A stretch of 64,000 nucleotides of DNA from contig NC_058368.1 of the NCBI RefSeq assembly GCF_018350175.1, positions 100,876,001 to 100,940,000 of the forward strand, in the 5' to 3' direction. The position numbers and the translations under genes are program-made. Of the stretch, positions 46,523 to 58,714 are shown piece by piece (the stretch's first letter is position 1; the number at the start of each line of letters is the position of its first letter). The DNA is from Felis catus. Its lineage: Eukaryota. Below the pieces are notes generated by a model. The model saw nothing but the letters and a program-made list of their open reading frames with translations. It was not told where the DNA came from and ran no database searches.

Positions 46523-47072
46523 AGGTCTCTGCTCTCATATGACTTTCTTGGTCAGACCATTCCTGACCACCCTATATCACAGCCATACCCACCCCCATCC
46601 AGGCCCTCTCTGTCCTCATTATCCTGATTTCTTTGGCCTCTGTAGCACTTATCAGCTAATATGCATTTACTTATGTGATTGTCTTTGTCTCCCTTCCATT
46701 CAAATGTAAATAAGCTTTTGATCTTCCTCTTGTTCACAGTTTCTTTTCCAGAGAGTAGAACTAAGCCCTATGCACTAGGTAATTGTTCTTGTTGAGCCTT
46801 TGAGTTTACTGTTTGTCTGCTTTCCAGCCTCTTAAAGAGGTGCTAGGCTTCCAGGATGAGTGCCCTACACTCAGCTTCTGCCTCCTCTCACCTGCTGCCT
46901 TGGGACCTTTGCACATGGTCTGCCTCGTGCTTGCCCTTCCTCTTTGCCTACCTTTACCGTAGGTCTTTTCGGAAACATCAGCTCTTGAAAGAAACCTTCC
47001 CTGATTCCAGAGAGCAAATCTTGTCTTCCCTTATGTACATAGTTGTTTTTTTTTTTTTTAAATAAGCATTTT

Positions 47073-47241
47073 AGAGATGTCTGGGTAGCACAATTGGTTA
47101 ACTGTCCAACTTCGGCTCAGGTCATGATTCACGGCTCATGAGTTCGAGTCCCACACTGAGCTCTCTGCTCTCAGCTCAGAGCCTGAGCCTGCGTCAGATT
47201 CTGTGTCTTCTTCTCTCTCTTCCCCTCCCCTGCTCTTTCTT

Positions 47242-47280
<39 letters not shown>

Positions 47281-47330
47281 AATGAATAAACATTTTTAAA
47301 AATTTAACATTAAATTAAAAATAAAATAAA
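47073..47330 (+). mobile_element. Can-SINE with (CT)n
   Basis: TSD aaataagcatttt. Confidence 0.9.
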
Positions 47331-47509
47331 AATAAGCATTTTTATATTGAGTATAGCTCACATAGGTTTTTATACTTTTCTTTTATAGTTTGTATCATAC
47401 CTCATAATTATATATTGTTTTGACTACTTAATTTGACTCTTTCTTCTATGTAGGCACCACAAAGGCTAGAATGATGGGTTTGGCTCACCACTGTTTCTGT
47501 AGTTAATGG

Positions 47510-47729
47510 ATTGTGGGCTTTGGAACTCAGACTGTCTGAGTTTATAAATCCATTCCTAGTTCTGTGTCTTTAAGCTCTGGGCCTCTTTGTGGCTTGGTTT
47601 CCTCATATATGGAGTGGGAATAATACTGGTACCTACTTACCTCATAGGGTTTTGTGTGGATTAAACCAGTTAATAAATGAAAGTGCCTGGAACACTGCAG
47701 AATACATAGGAAGCACTCAAAAAATGGTA
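47510..47729 (+). mobile_element. MIR
   Basis: gggctttggaactcagac...gtttcctcat...tacctcatagggttttgtgtggattaaa...aagcactcaaaaaatggtag. Confidence 0.8.
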
Positions 47730-47850
47730 GGGTCGCCTGGCTGGCTCAGTCTGTAGAGCCTGCAACTCTTAATCTCAGGGTCATGAGTTCAAGCCCGCAT
47801 GGGGAGTGGAGCCTATTTAAAAATAAATAAATAGCGACAATTTAAAAAAG
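47730..47850 (+). mobile_element. Short old tRNA-Lys-derived Can-SINE
   Basis: gcctggctggctcagtctgtagagc...ctcttaatctcagggtc...gttcaagccc plus A-tail. Confidence 0.82.
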
Positions 47851-47875
47851 GTTAGCTGCTGCCGCCTTTGTTCTT

Positions 47876-48113
47876 TTTTTTTTTTTTTAATAGTATTTAT
47901 TTTTTTTCAACGTTTTTTATTTATTTTTGGGACAGAGAGAGACAGAGCATGAACGGACGAGGGGCAGAGAGAGAGGGAGACACAGAATCGGAAGCAGGCT
48001 CCAGGCTCGGAGCCATCAGCCCAGAGCCTGACGCGGGGCTCGAACTCACGGACCGCGAGATCGTGACCTGGCTGAAGTCGGACGCTCAACCGACTGCGCC
48101 ACCCAGGCGCCCC
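47876..48113 (-). mobile_element. Young feline-type Can-SINE
   Basis: TSD gcctttgttctt (47864-47875 / 48115-48126); diagnostic motifs present. Confidence 0.94.
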
Positions 48114-48657
48114 TGCCTTTGTTCTTAATATAGAGCATAGTGAAGGGCTTGGCATGTAGAGATGCACAGTAAATATCTGGGGAAATTCATTAAATGAATT
48201 TTGTAAGAGCTTGATGTTCGTGTTAAAAAATTGAATAATAATCATTTATTACATTTACCCCAGTAGGACTTAAGAAGGCAGAAAGTAGATTAAATTTGTC
48301 TTCTCATTGTAAAAATAATATATGCATGCTATCAAGAAAAATGCAGATTGCAGGGAAAATCATGATAATTTGTAATTCAACCACTCTGGCATCATTTTGA
48401 TTTCCTTTGTCATTTGTTCTGCAGATTTGAGAGTCAGCAGCTTTGTATGGATAAAATATTTTCTCCTGCTTTTCTAACTAGTATATATTGCAAATGCTTT
48501 CTTACGACATTGTGGTAGGTTCTTTTTGGTGATGATTTTCTCCTTAGAAAAAGTCCAGTTTGTTTGGGGCATATAATACATATTATATGACGTCAATAGG
48601 AATACAGGTGGCGAAACTTAGAGAGTGTGACTGCACTTTAAGTAATATGATTATGCT

Positions 48658-48870
48658 GGGGTGCCTGGGTGGCTCAGTCGTTTAAGTGTCCGACTTCAGC
48701 ACAGGTCATGATCTCGCAGTCCGTGAGTTCAAGCCCTGCGTCGGGCTCTGTGCTGACAGCTCAGAGCCTGGGGCCTGCTTTGGATTCTGTGTCTCCCTCT
48801 CTCTCTGCTCTTTCCCTACTCACACTCTGTCTGTCTGTCTCTCTCAAAAGTGAATAAACATTTAAAAAGA
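48658..48870 (+). mobile_element. Can-SINE
   Basis: Head, CT tract and tail. Confidence 0.9.
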
Positions 48871-49939
48871 GTAATAATATTGTACCATGTAGATAGTCTG
48901 TTTAAGGGGAAGGTATGGAAGACAGCGATGCCTAAAATTCTGGAAGGCACTGGAATGGAGGCTGGATGGAAGCTAGGATGGGACTCCTTGGCCTGGAGGG
49001 CCTCCCTTGGAAGCATAAGCCCTAGGGTAGGTGAGCCTGCTCTGTGTAGTTGGTGCCTGGGTGAGGGAGGATTTAGGAAGGCATTGGCTGTCATTGGCTT
49101 GGGAAAGCTGTGGAGAACAGGATGGGTTGATGGGTTGGAGGCAGATCGAAGAGTTGCTTTTTGCAGAAGCCATGAGCTTGTGATGAGGCGAGGCAGTTTA
49201 CAGATGAGTAATTTGGGAGAAGAATGATAGATTCTTTTTGTTCTGCTCTATGACAAGCTCTTTGAGGCACAGATCTCTTCCCCAAGCAGCCTGTGAGGAA
49301 GGCTGGCCTACATGCTCCTAGAAACCATCGTGTGCTTCCTGCTGGACACTTTGTTGCCCACTTCATAATTAGCAATTGCCTGTTCCATTTCAGAGCATCT
49401 TACAGAGCACCAAGACGTTTATTAGCCAACAAACGAATATAATTCGACATCATTTTGTCATTCCTGTTTTATTAACGGAGATACTATGGCTCCAGGGTGT
49501 TTAGAGATTGGCACAAGTTAGAAAGTAGTGCAGATAAAAGGTATCTGCTTGCATTCCTGCAAAGCAGGTTACAAAAGAGAACAAATAAAGCTCATAAAGC
49601 ATCTGTCTTTCAGGATGCTTCATTGTTTACCACCATATTTGATGCATTGCCACAACAATTCAGGTAAGCAAAGGACCAGCACTATTTCCTTTTCACAGAG
49701 TCTAAGTCAAAATTATATGCCGTTGAAACTAATGAAAAACTATGTTAGCCAATCAACATGTAATGACGTGATGTATTTGAGTGCATTTTTCCCCTCACCC
49801 TGAATTGACTGATTGGATTTATGGCATATAGATACAGCTTAAGAGGAAAAGAAAAATGAAGACCTCATAATCAAATAATCAGGGAGCTGCAGCTAAAATT
49901 AGTCAGTACTAGGGTTGACACTGAAAACCTGTAATTCTA

Positions 49940-50043
49940 GGGGTGCCTGGCTGGCTCAGTCTGTGGAACGTGCAGCTCTTGATCTCAGGGTTGTGAGTTC
50001 AAGCCCCACGTTGGGTGTAGAGATTGCTTAAAAATAAATTCTT
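49940..50043 (+). mobile_element. Short tRNA-Lys-derived Can-SINE
   Basis: Perfect 18-bp TSD tgaaaacctgtaattcta (49922-49939 / 50044-50061). Confidence 0.9.
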
Positions 50044-51197
50044 TGAAAACCTGTAATTCTATAAACACTGGCAAACTGAAGAAAAACCTTCCCTTTACAA
50101 CCAGAGAGATTTAAAACTAAAACATTTAGCAGAGACTTTGTCATTCTTAGGATATCTGAAAGTAATGTTTATACACAGAAAAACTTCCAATACTATATGA
50201 ACGTGTAAAAGGAAAAACGAAATGTGTCTAATACCTTCCAGAACCATAAGTTAGTTGAAAGGTTGCTGATTTGTTTTAAGCACCCAGACTCTGAATAATA
50301 TATTCAAAGCTCTATTTCTTGATGTCTGAATCTTAGAAAATCTCTAGTGTCCCTCCACTTTGAAATAGGAACTGAGTTCACCCACCCCTGTCGTACCTCC
50401 CCTCCATACTCAGTTTCTACTATGTGTATGATTTTAATCTCATTATTAAAAAATCAGTATCATGACTTATATTTATTAAACATAATAAACGTAACTTGAG
50501 CCATTTTCTTCACCCACCAATTTTTAGCAGTATCCTTTGATTACCAGTGATATAAGATGAAAATAATTTCGACCCTATTTGGTTTCCTTCCCCATTCACC
50601 TCTTATTTTCTGCTGGTTATGCCATTACTTTTTATACTGACAAAAAGTATTTATAGTCCGTTCTGTAAAAAGAATTGTGTTGTATAGATTGATTCTAAAA
50701 ACTGAGCACAAGAGTTGATGTTCCTGTATTATAATTATATATGTGTGTGTACATATATTTGTTCATATTTTCACTTTGTAATCAAGTGTTTGGAACTGTG
50801 GAGGATGAAATGTTCTTATAAATTATGAAATCTGTACTGCTCACTGGAGAGTGTTCTAAACATTATTTCAAATAGCCACTCTTTTTTTCATCTCATGCGT
50901 ATTACGTTTATTTTGCTTTATATTTATTTTGCTTTATGTTTGGAACTTTACATTATATACCATTTTATCTGGTTGGTTTTCTTGGAATTTTTAGGCAGCC
51001 TTTTTTTTTTTTCTTGGCAGAGAAAGGCAAATACTTTATACCATCCTGAAACCTTCTTAACTATGATTGATATTCATCATACCTGTTTTCTTCTTGAAAG
51101 CATGTTTCTTGGAGCCCTCTGGCTTCCTTATTGCAATTTGAATATTTTGGGGAACACAGAGCTGCCCTTTTAGGATTTTTCCACCATTAAAAAAATG

Positions 51198-51223
51198 TTT
51201 TCAATGTTTATTTATTTTTGAGA

Positions 51224-51272
<49 letters not shown>

Positions 51273-51416
51273 GCAGAGAGAGAAGAGGACAGAGGATCTG
51301 AAGTGGGCTCTGTGCTGACCGCAGAAAGCCCAATGTAGGACTTGAACTCATGAACTGTGAGATCATGACCTGAGCCGAAGTTGGACACTTAATTGACTGA
51401 GCCACCCAGGTGCCCC
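51198..51416 (-). mobile_element. Can-SINE with (GA)n
   Basis: TSD tccaccatt. Confidence 0.9.
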
Positions 51417-51486
51417 TCCACCATTTTATTCTAGGTTAGGGCCACAAGTTTTTTGGCTTTTCTTGAAAAAAACTCCATTTTTTTAA

Positions 51487-51909
51487 GTTTATTTATTTTT
51501 ATTAAAAAAATTTTTAATGTTACTTTTGAGTGAGAGAGACACACACACACAGAGTGCAAGTGGGGGACGGGTAGAGAGAGAGGGAGACACTGAATCCGAA
51601 GCAGGCTCCAGGCTCTGAACTCTCAGCATAAAGCCCGACGACACGGGGCTTGAACTCACAGACTGTGAAATCAGGACCTGAACCAGAGTCGGATGCTCAA
51701 CCGACTGAGCCACCCAGGTGCCCCAGGTTTATTCATTTATTTTGAGAGAGAGAGAGCGAGCAAGAGAGGCAGAGAGAGAGAATTCTAAGCAGGCCCCACA
51801 CTGTCAGTGCACTGCCCGATGTAGGGCTTGAACTCATGAGCCATGAGATCATGACCTGAACTCAAACCAACAGTCGGACACTTAACTGACTAAGCCACCC
51901 AGGCAGCCT
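51487..51909 (-). mobile_element. Two nested antisense Can-SINEs (inner ~51487-51724 in the tail of outer 51725-51909)
   Basis: Outer TSD aaaaaaactccattttt / aaaaaaattccgttttt. Confidence 0.88.
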
Positions 51910-52624
51910 GAAAAAAATTCCGTTTTTAAGAAATAACGTCAAAGAAAATCCCATCAGAGTCTACATAATCCATAAAGTGCTCCTGTGTGTCTGAAAAGAG
52001 CACTTTACTTTCTTCTTGGTGGAGAATTTGCCTGGATGTGGAATTCTGTGGTAACGATCATTCGCCATCAAACTTTGAAGGTATATGCCGCTAAACATTT
52101 GCAGTGGGTTTTCTGTGGATTTCTGGAGGCTTTTTTGTTTCTCTGTGTACCAAGTACTTCAACCCCAAATGCTTTTTTTGTAGAAACAAGCAACAAAGTA
52201 ACTTGTGAGAAAGCAGTCTCCATGTGGCCATGAAGCCACCATGATGCTTCCTGCTGGAGAAGTCCTCAGCCTCCTGTGGATAGTGGCCACTTTATAATGT
52301 TGCCTATCTCTACATTCATTTACTATGTCCATGGATCATAGGCTCTGATGATGACAAAAACAATGGCTGGCCTTTTATATTACTTTTGACATATTTTTTG
52401 ATATATACTTTGATGTGTATTTGTTATTTTATTATATATTATCTATTTTATACATCAAATATAAATTATATTTTAAAAATTTTAAATATGTTACATATAT
52501 TTAAAACTATATTAACTATAAATGCATAAAAATAATTATATATATTAAATATATAAAAATAAATTACTTTCATATATTTTTGAGTTCTTAGTTTTGATTC
52601 ATCTATCCCTTGACAATTCTACAG

Positions 52625-52843
52625 ATTTTTTTTCCTAATTTTTTTTTATTTTTGAGAGAGAGAGAGATAGAGACAGAGCACGAGTAGGGAGGGGCAGAGA
52701 AAGAGGGAGACACAGAATCCAAAGCAGGCTCCAGGCTCCGAGCTGTCAGCACAGATCACGACGTGGGGCTCGAACCCACAAACCATGAGATCATGACCTG
52801 AGCCGAAGTCAGACGCTTAACTGACTGAGCCACCCAGGCGCCC
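52625..52843 (-). mobile_element. Can-SINE
   Basis: TSD tgacaattctaca. Confidence 0.93.
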
Positions 52844-52956
52844 TGACAATTCTACATCTTCATTAATTTTTTCAAAAAGTATGGGTGGGCCGTTTGTTTT
52901 CTGAGTTTGCTCACAGCTAAGATGGCCTTTTTGTGCCTTTTCATGTGAATAATAAT

Positions 52957-53150
52957 GCGTCTGACTTTGGCTCAGGTCAAGATCTTGGGTCTCTGGGTTC
53001 AAGCTCTGTGTGGGCTCTGTGCTGACAGCTCACAGCCTGGAGCCTGCTTTGGATTCTGTGTCTCCCTCTCTCTCTGACCTTTCCCAGCTCATGCTCTGTC
53101 TCTCTCTTTCTGTCTCTCTCTCAAAAAAAATAAAACGTTAAAAAATAATA
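52957..53150 (+). mobile_element. Can-SINE, 5'-truncated (A box missing)
   Basis: Starts at gcgtctgactttggctcagg; aataataat flanks. Confidence 0.85.
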
Positions 53151-53369
53151 ATAATCCAGAGTAGGTAACTGCCTTATTTTTCTCTGGGATATGGTCATTT
53201 CTTTTGATCTTCCCAACTTAGGAAACTTAGGCTTCCTTTGATTTGATATTTGCTTTTGCTGTAATTTTGCTTGTGTTTTTATTTTTTCTTCTTTCTTTGG
53301 AGATTTTTCTTATGGGGGGGGCTTTTTGGTATCATGAGTTTTCTTTGCAAAGAAGCATCATGTTTAAAA

Positions 53370-53582
53370 AATTTTTTTTAATGTCTGCTTATTTATTTCT
53401 GAGACAGAGACAGAGCATGAGTGGGGGAGGGGCAGAGAGAGAGGGAGACAACAGAATCTGAAGCAGGCTCCAGGCTCTGAGCTGTCAGCACAGAGCCCGA
53501 TGAGGGGCTTGAACGCACAGACCGTGAGATCATGACCCAAGCCGAAGTTGGTTGCTCAACCTACCGAGCCACCCAGGGGCCT
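53370..53582 (-). mobile_element. Can-SINE
   Basis: Flanked by gaagcatcatgtttaa / gaagcattgtatttaa. Confidence 0.9.
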
Positions 53583-53601
53583 CAAGAAGCATTGTATTTA
53601 A

Positions 53602-53828
53602 GTTTCTTTTTTTTTTTTTTTTTTTTAACGTTTATTTATTTTTGGGACAGAGAGAGACAGAGCATGAACGGGGGAGGGGCAGAGAGAGAGGGAGACACAG
53701 AATCGGAAACAGGCTCCAGGCTCTGAGCCATCGGCCCAGAGCCTGACGCGGGGCTTGAACTCACGGACCGCGAGATCGTGACCTGGCTATAGTTGGACGC
53801 TTAACCGACTGCGCCACCCAGGCGCCCC
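53602..53828 (-). mobile_element. Young feline-type Can-SINE
   Basis: Perfect TSD gaagcattgtatttaa (53586-53601 / 53831-53846). Confidence 0.94.
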
Positions 53829-54351
53829 ATGAAGCATTGTATTTAAAAACTACACACACACATTTACTTATGCCCAACTCTTACAGCACTGTTTGATAGT
53901 GGCAATTATTTAGAGAATTCTTCTTATTCCTTAAGCAGTAGTTTATTTGAAACTGCATCTTTATCTCAAAATACTTTAAAATGTATGAAATTTACATATT
54001 TTCAAAGGCATGAGGACAGTTATTAGCAGTTTTCTGCAGCCAAATATAGTACAATTAAATTAATAATGTCTATCACTTCATTACTGTGGCATCTTAGAGG
54101 AAATATGATTGAAGTTTCAGAATAAGAACAAATTAAATTTTTACACAAGCATTATTGAATTGTGTACTTAGTCATTGAATATCATAGTCATTTATAATTA
54201 GAGGGTTTAGTACCATCTTTCACTCATAAAAAACTGTCGGGTGAATTCATACCTGCTATAAGCCAGGCCCCCAACAGGCACACAATTAATGGCTTTTTTA
54301 GAGATGTCATTTTTTAAAGTTAATAACAACCTTTTAAATTTTATCCTTCTT

Positions 54352-54545
54352 GGGGTGCCGGTTGTGTCCGACTTCATCTTAGGTCGTGACTTGGCTGTGC
54401 GTGAGTTCACCCTGCATCGGGCTCTGTGCTGACAGCTCAGAGCCTGGAGCCTGCTTTGGATTCTGTGGCTCCCTCTCTTTCTGCTCCTCCCCAACTCATA
54501 CTCTGTCTCTGTCTCTCTCAAAAATAAACATTAAAAAAAGAAAGC
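54352..54545 (+). mobile_element. Can-SINE with a deletion in the A-box region
   Basis: ggggtgcc|ggttgtgtccgact lacks tgggtggctcagtc. Confidence 0.82.
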
Positions 54546-54596
54546 TTAAATTTATTTTTCTTTCTTGCTCATTCAAGTCAAGAAAGAGAATATTTC

Positions 54597-54808
54597 AGAG
54601 CATCTGGGTGGCACAGTTGGTTAAGTGTCAGACTATCGATTTTGGTTCAGGTCATAATCTCATGGTTCATGAGATCAAGCCCCTCATCGGGCTCTGCACT
54701 GACAGTGTGGAGCTTGTTTGGGATTCTCTCTCTCCCTCTATCTCTGTTCCTGCCCTGTTCACACATATAATCTCTCTCTAAAAATAAATAATGAAACATT
54801 AAAAAAAT
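54597..54808 (+). mobile_element. Can-SINE
   Basis: TSD aatatttca. Confidence 0.86.
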
Positions 54809-54958
54809 ATTTCATACCCAGAGTTGACTTCAACCCTGAGTTAATATTTGGGCATGTTTTTCTAACTGAGCAAGTATTAAAACATATATAAGAAAAGTCA
54901 TAATTGAAACAGGTACTTGCCGTTTGTGTGTATCTCATGTTCTCAGCATAACAATTTT

Positions 54959-55165
54959 TATTATTTTTTTTTACATTTATATATTTTTGAGAGACAGAGC
55001 ACAAGTGGGGGAGGGCAGAGAGAGAAGGAGACACAGAATCCGAAGCACGCTCCACGCTCTGAGCTGTCAGCACAGAGCCCGACGTGGGGCTTGAACTCAC
55101 AAACTGTAAGATCATGACCTGAGCCCAAGTTTGATGCTTAACTGACTGAGCCACCCAGGAGCCCC
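54959..55165 (-). mobile_element. Can-SINE
   Basis: TSD tcagcataacaatttt (54943-54958 / 55166-55181). Confidence 0.93.
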
Positions 55166-55420
55166 TCAGCATAACAATTTTGTAACCCAGACAACTTGGA
55201 ACACTGGGCTGTAAGCTTTATTTGTGTATGCAGTCCCCATCTGTATTTGGAAGGTTTTAAGTTATTTATTAGATACTTTTAGCATGTTAAAGGAAAAGCT
55301 TTATTTTCGCTTTCATTGGAAGTGAATAACTTTGTAGAGTACAAATTTCTGAAGGCAAGAGACTGTTCAATGTGGAATATGGGTTAAGTCTTTCTTTAGC
55401 TTAAGTTTATTTTATTTCTT

Positions 55421-56840
55421 TTTTTTTAATTTTTTTTAATTTTTTTTATTTTTTTCAATATATGAAATTTATGTCAAATTGGTTTCCATACAACACCCAG
55501 TGCTCATCCCAAAAGGTGCCCTCCTCAATACCCATCCCCCACCCTCCCCTCCCTCCAACCCCCCATCAACCCTCAGTTTGTTCTCAGTTTTTAATGTCTC
55601 TTATGCTTTGGCTCTCTCCCACTCTAACCTCTTTTTTTTTTTTTTTCCTTCCCCTCCCCCATGGGTTTCTGTTACATTTCTCAGGATCCACATTAGAGTG
55701 AAACGATATGGTATCTGTCTTTCTCTGTATGACTTACTTCACTTAGCATCACACTCTCCAGTTCCATCCACATTGCTACAAAGGGCCATATTTTGTTCTT
55801 TCTCATTGCCCTGTAGTACTCCATTGTGTATATAAACCACAATTTCTTTATCAGTTCATCAGTTGATGGACATTTAGGCTCTTTCCACAATTTGGCTATT
55901 GTTGAGAGTGCTGCTATAAACATTGGGGTACAAGTGCCCCTATGTGTCAGTACTCCTGTATCCCTTGGGTAAATTCCTAGCAGTGCCATTGCTGGGTCAT
56001 AGGGTAGGTCTATTTTTAATTTTCTGAGGAACCTCCACACTGTTTTCCAAAGCGGCTGCACCAATTTGCATTCCCACCAAGAGTGCAAGAGGGTTCCCGT
56101 TTCTCCACATCATGTCCAGCATCTATAGTCTCCTGATTTGTTCATTTTGGCCACTCTGACTGGCGTGAGGTGATACCTGAGTGTGGTTTTAATTTGTATT
56201 TCCTTGATGAGGAGTGACGTTGAGCATCTTTTCATGTGCCTGTTGGCCATTCAGATGTCTTCTTTAGAGAAATGTCTATTCATGTTTTCCACCCATTTCT
56301 TCACTGGGTTATTTGTTTTTTGGGTGTGGAGTTTGGTGAGCTCTTTATAGATTTTGGATACTAGCCCTTTGTCCGATATGTCATTTGCAAGTATCTTTTC
56401 TCATTCTGTTGGTTGCCTTTTAGTTTTGTTGGTTGTTTCCTTTGCTGTGCAGAAGCTTTTTATCTTCATAAGGTCCCAGTAGTTCATTTTTGCTTTTAAT
56501 TCCCTTGCCTTTGGGGATGTGTCAGGTAAGAAATTGCTACGACTGAGGTCAGAGAGGTCTTTTCCTGCTTTCTCCTCTAGGGTTTTGATGGTTTCCTGTC
56601 TCACATTCAGGTCCTTTATCCATTTTGAGTTTATTTTTGTGAATGGTGTGAGAAAGTGGTCTAGTTTCATCCTTCTGCATGTTGCTGTCCAGTTCTCCCA
56701 GCACCATTTGTTAAAGACACTGTCTTTTTCCATTGGATGTTCTTTCCTGCTTTGTCAAAGATTAGTTGGCCATACGTTTGTGGGTCTGGTTCTGGGGTTT
56801 CTATTCTATTCCATTGGTCTATGTGTCTCTTTTTGTGCCA
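55421..56840 (-). mobile_element. 5'-truncated feline-type L1 (ORF2 C-terminus, 3' UTR, poly-A), 1420 bp
   Basis: ORF fragments [24 protein letters not shown]... and [20 protein letters not shown]... are L1 ORF2p C-terminal motifs, broken by in-frame stops; perfect 18-bp TSD aagtttattttatttctt (55403-55420 / 56841-56858). Confidence 0.96.
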
Positions 56841-57019
56841 AAGTTTATTTTATTTCTTAAAATAAGTTCCTGGAAAATCGGGTGTACACCCAAATTTTGA
56901 AATATTTTATCCTTGACTTCAGTTTAATTTCAGAGATACTATCACAAAGGAAGAAAATTGCCTGTAACATGTAATCATACCATACTTAGGAATGGAAATA
57001 GTGTCTTTAAAGTTGTATC

Positions 57020-57448
57020 TACGTATTCCATATTCTCTATATATGTACATATAATATATATATATGTATTATATGTATTCCATATATTCCATATCTTTTT
57101 AGCAGGTTTGTAACTTAGTAAATATAAGTGGGGGCAAATTTGGCAAAATTTTTGGTAATTTATCTTGTGTTCATCTCTGTGTGTAAGTCTGTTTACCGAA
57201 ATAAGGAATATATTAATACATATAAAATATATGTACATATGTTATAAAATATACGTATATTCCATATGTACATACATGTGTACATATATAATATACACAT
57301 ATACATATAATATGGATTGTATAATGTTATATAACACATTTATAATATAGATACACATATAATGCATACATTGTATATATTATGTTATATATAATATGTA
57401 TAATATATAATATATGTACGTGTATAGGTACATATATAATATATACAT

Positions 57449-57503
<55 letters not shown>

Positions 57504-57510
57504 TATATAC
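57020..57510. repeat. AT-rich low-complexity region ending in a (TA)n(CA)n microsatellite (~57454-57503)
   Basis: Read directly from the sequence. Confidence 0.85.
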
Positions 57511-57521
57511 CTAAATGTATA

Positions 57522-57863
57522 CTGCTGGCCCTTGAGCAACATGGGTCTGAACTATGGGTCCACTTATATCTGGATTTTTTTTTAATAAATATAGTATAGT
57601 ACTTTAAACATATTTGTTCTTTTTTATGATTTTCTTAACATATTCTTTTCTCTAGCTTACTTTATTATAAGAATACAGTGTATAATGTACACATAACATA
57701 CAGAATATGTGTTAATCAACTGTGTTATCAGGAAGGCTTCTAGTCAACAGTAGGCCATTCGTAGTTAAGCTTGGGGGAATCAGAAGTTATATAAGGTTTT
57801 TCACTGCATGGGGGGTGGAGAGGGCTGGTTCCCCTAGCCCCTGCACTGTTCAAGGGTCAACTG
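57522..57863 (+). mobile_element. Tigger2a-type (carnivore variant) non-autonomous element
   Basis: Terminal inverted repeats ctgctggcccttgagcaac / gttcaagggtcaactg, TA at left flank; interior gggtccacttata...ctagcttactttatt...gtcaacagtaggc. Confidence 0.85.
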
Positions 57864-58714
57864 CATAAACATGCATATAGACACACATATATAAACATAT
57901 ACATATATAAACACAATAAATATGGGACAGAATAGTACAGTAACTTGTACTGTAACTTAGTACCTTAGTACTTACGTAACTTAGTATCTACCTCAGAGTC
58001 CTAATTAAAGTATGGTAACAGTTATACGTAGGAGTACTATGTAGCCATTAGAGAATTAGGTATTTCAAAATGTGCTGATAAGATGTTCAACATGTATTAA
58101 ATAAATAAGGTAAAAAATAAAAATAGTAGAAGTAGTACAACTGTGTGATGGGGCTCCAGTGTGTAAGAGAATAAAACAACTTCTATATACATGGGTACCT
58201 ACAGAGCTTATATGTATGCGGACATTTGAGATCCCTCTTGGATTGGCAAGGACTTATACAAGTCTCTTCTGTAAGAAACTTCTGCTTTTAAGTTTACAGT
58301 CTGAACTTTTTGAAACTTTTCCCCCATCAGTACATTTTTTTTGTGTGTGTGTGTTTTTTAGAAAAAACCATACAAGCTAACATTTGGAACCACAGTATAA
58401 AGAGATCGAGGGGGTAGTGTGAGCACAGAACCTGGTAGGAGGAGGTAATATAAAAAAAGCACCTTGTACTCTGCAGAGTTGTATGCTTTTTATATAGATC
58501 ATTGGTCTGATTCCATTGACAGGGGCACAGCCTCCAAATAGTTGAGGGTAAAGACCTCAGGACACCACCATTCCTGTCCCTGCCAGGTGTCTTCACGTAG
58601 CACATATTTCTATGATGTTTAAAAACATGAGTATATATGCATTGAATCACTCTTATTTGGTTATTTATAGAAATACTTGAGAAATTTGGTATCAGACTGA
58701 CCTTTCTTTTCTAC

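Noticed and set aside
47736..47808. tRNA-Lys(CTT)-like sequence (also at 6767, 49940, 1811, 12408, 38605)
   Set aside because: Broken stems, SINE 5' leader, A-tail and TSDs show these are tRNA-derived SINEs, not tRNA genes.
55693..56733. L1 ORF2p-like ORFs as functional genes
   Set aside because: The element is 5'-truncated to 1.4 kb with in-frame stops, and has no endonuclease or RT core.
31229..57863. Two inverted Tigger2a-type copies as the ends of a composite transposon
   Set aside because: Each has its own pair of terminal repeats and is independently degraded; no transposase or shared TSD.
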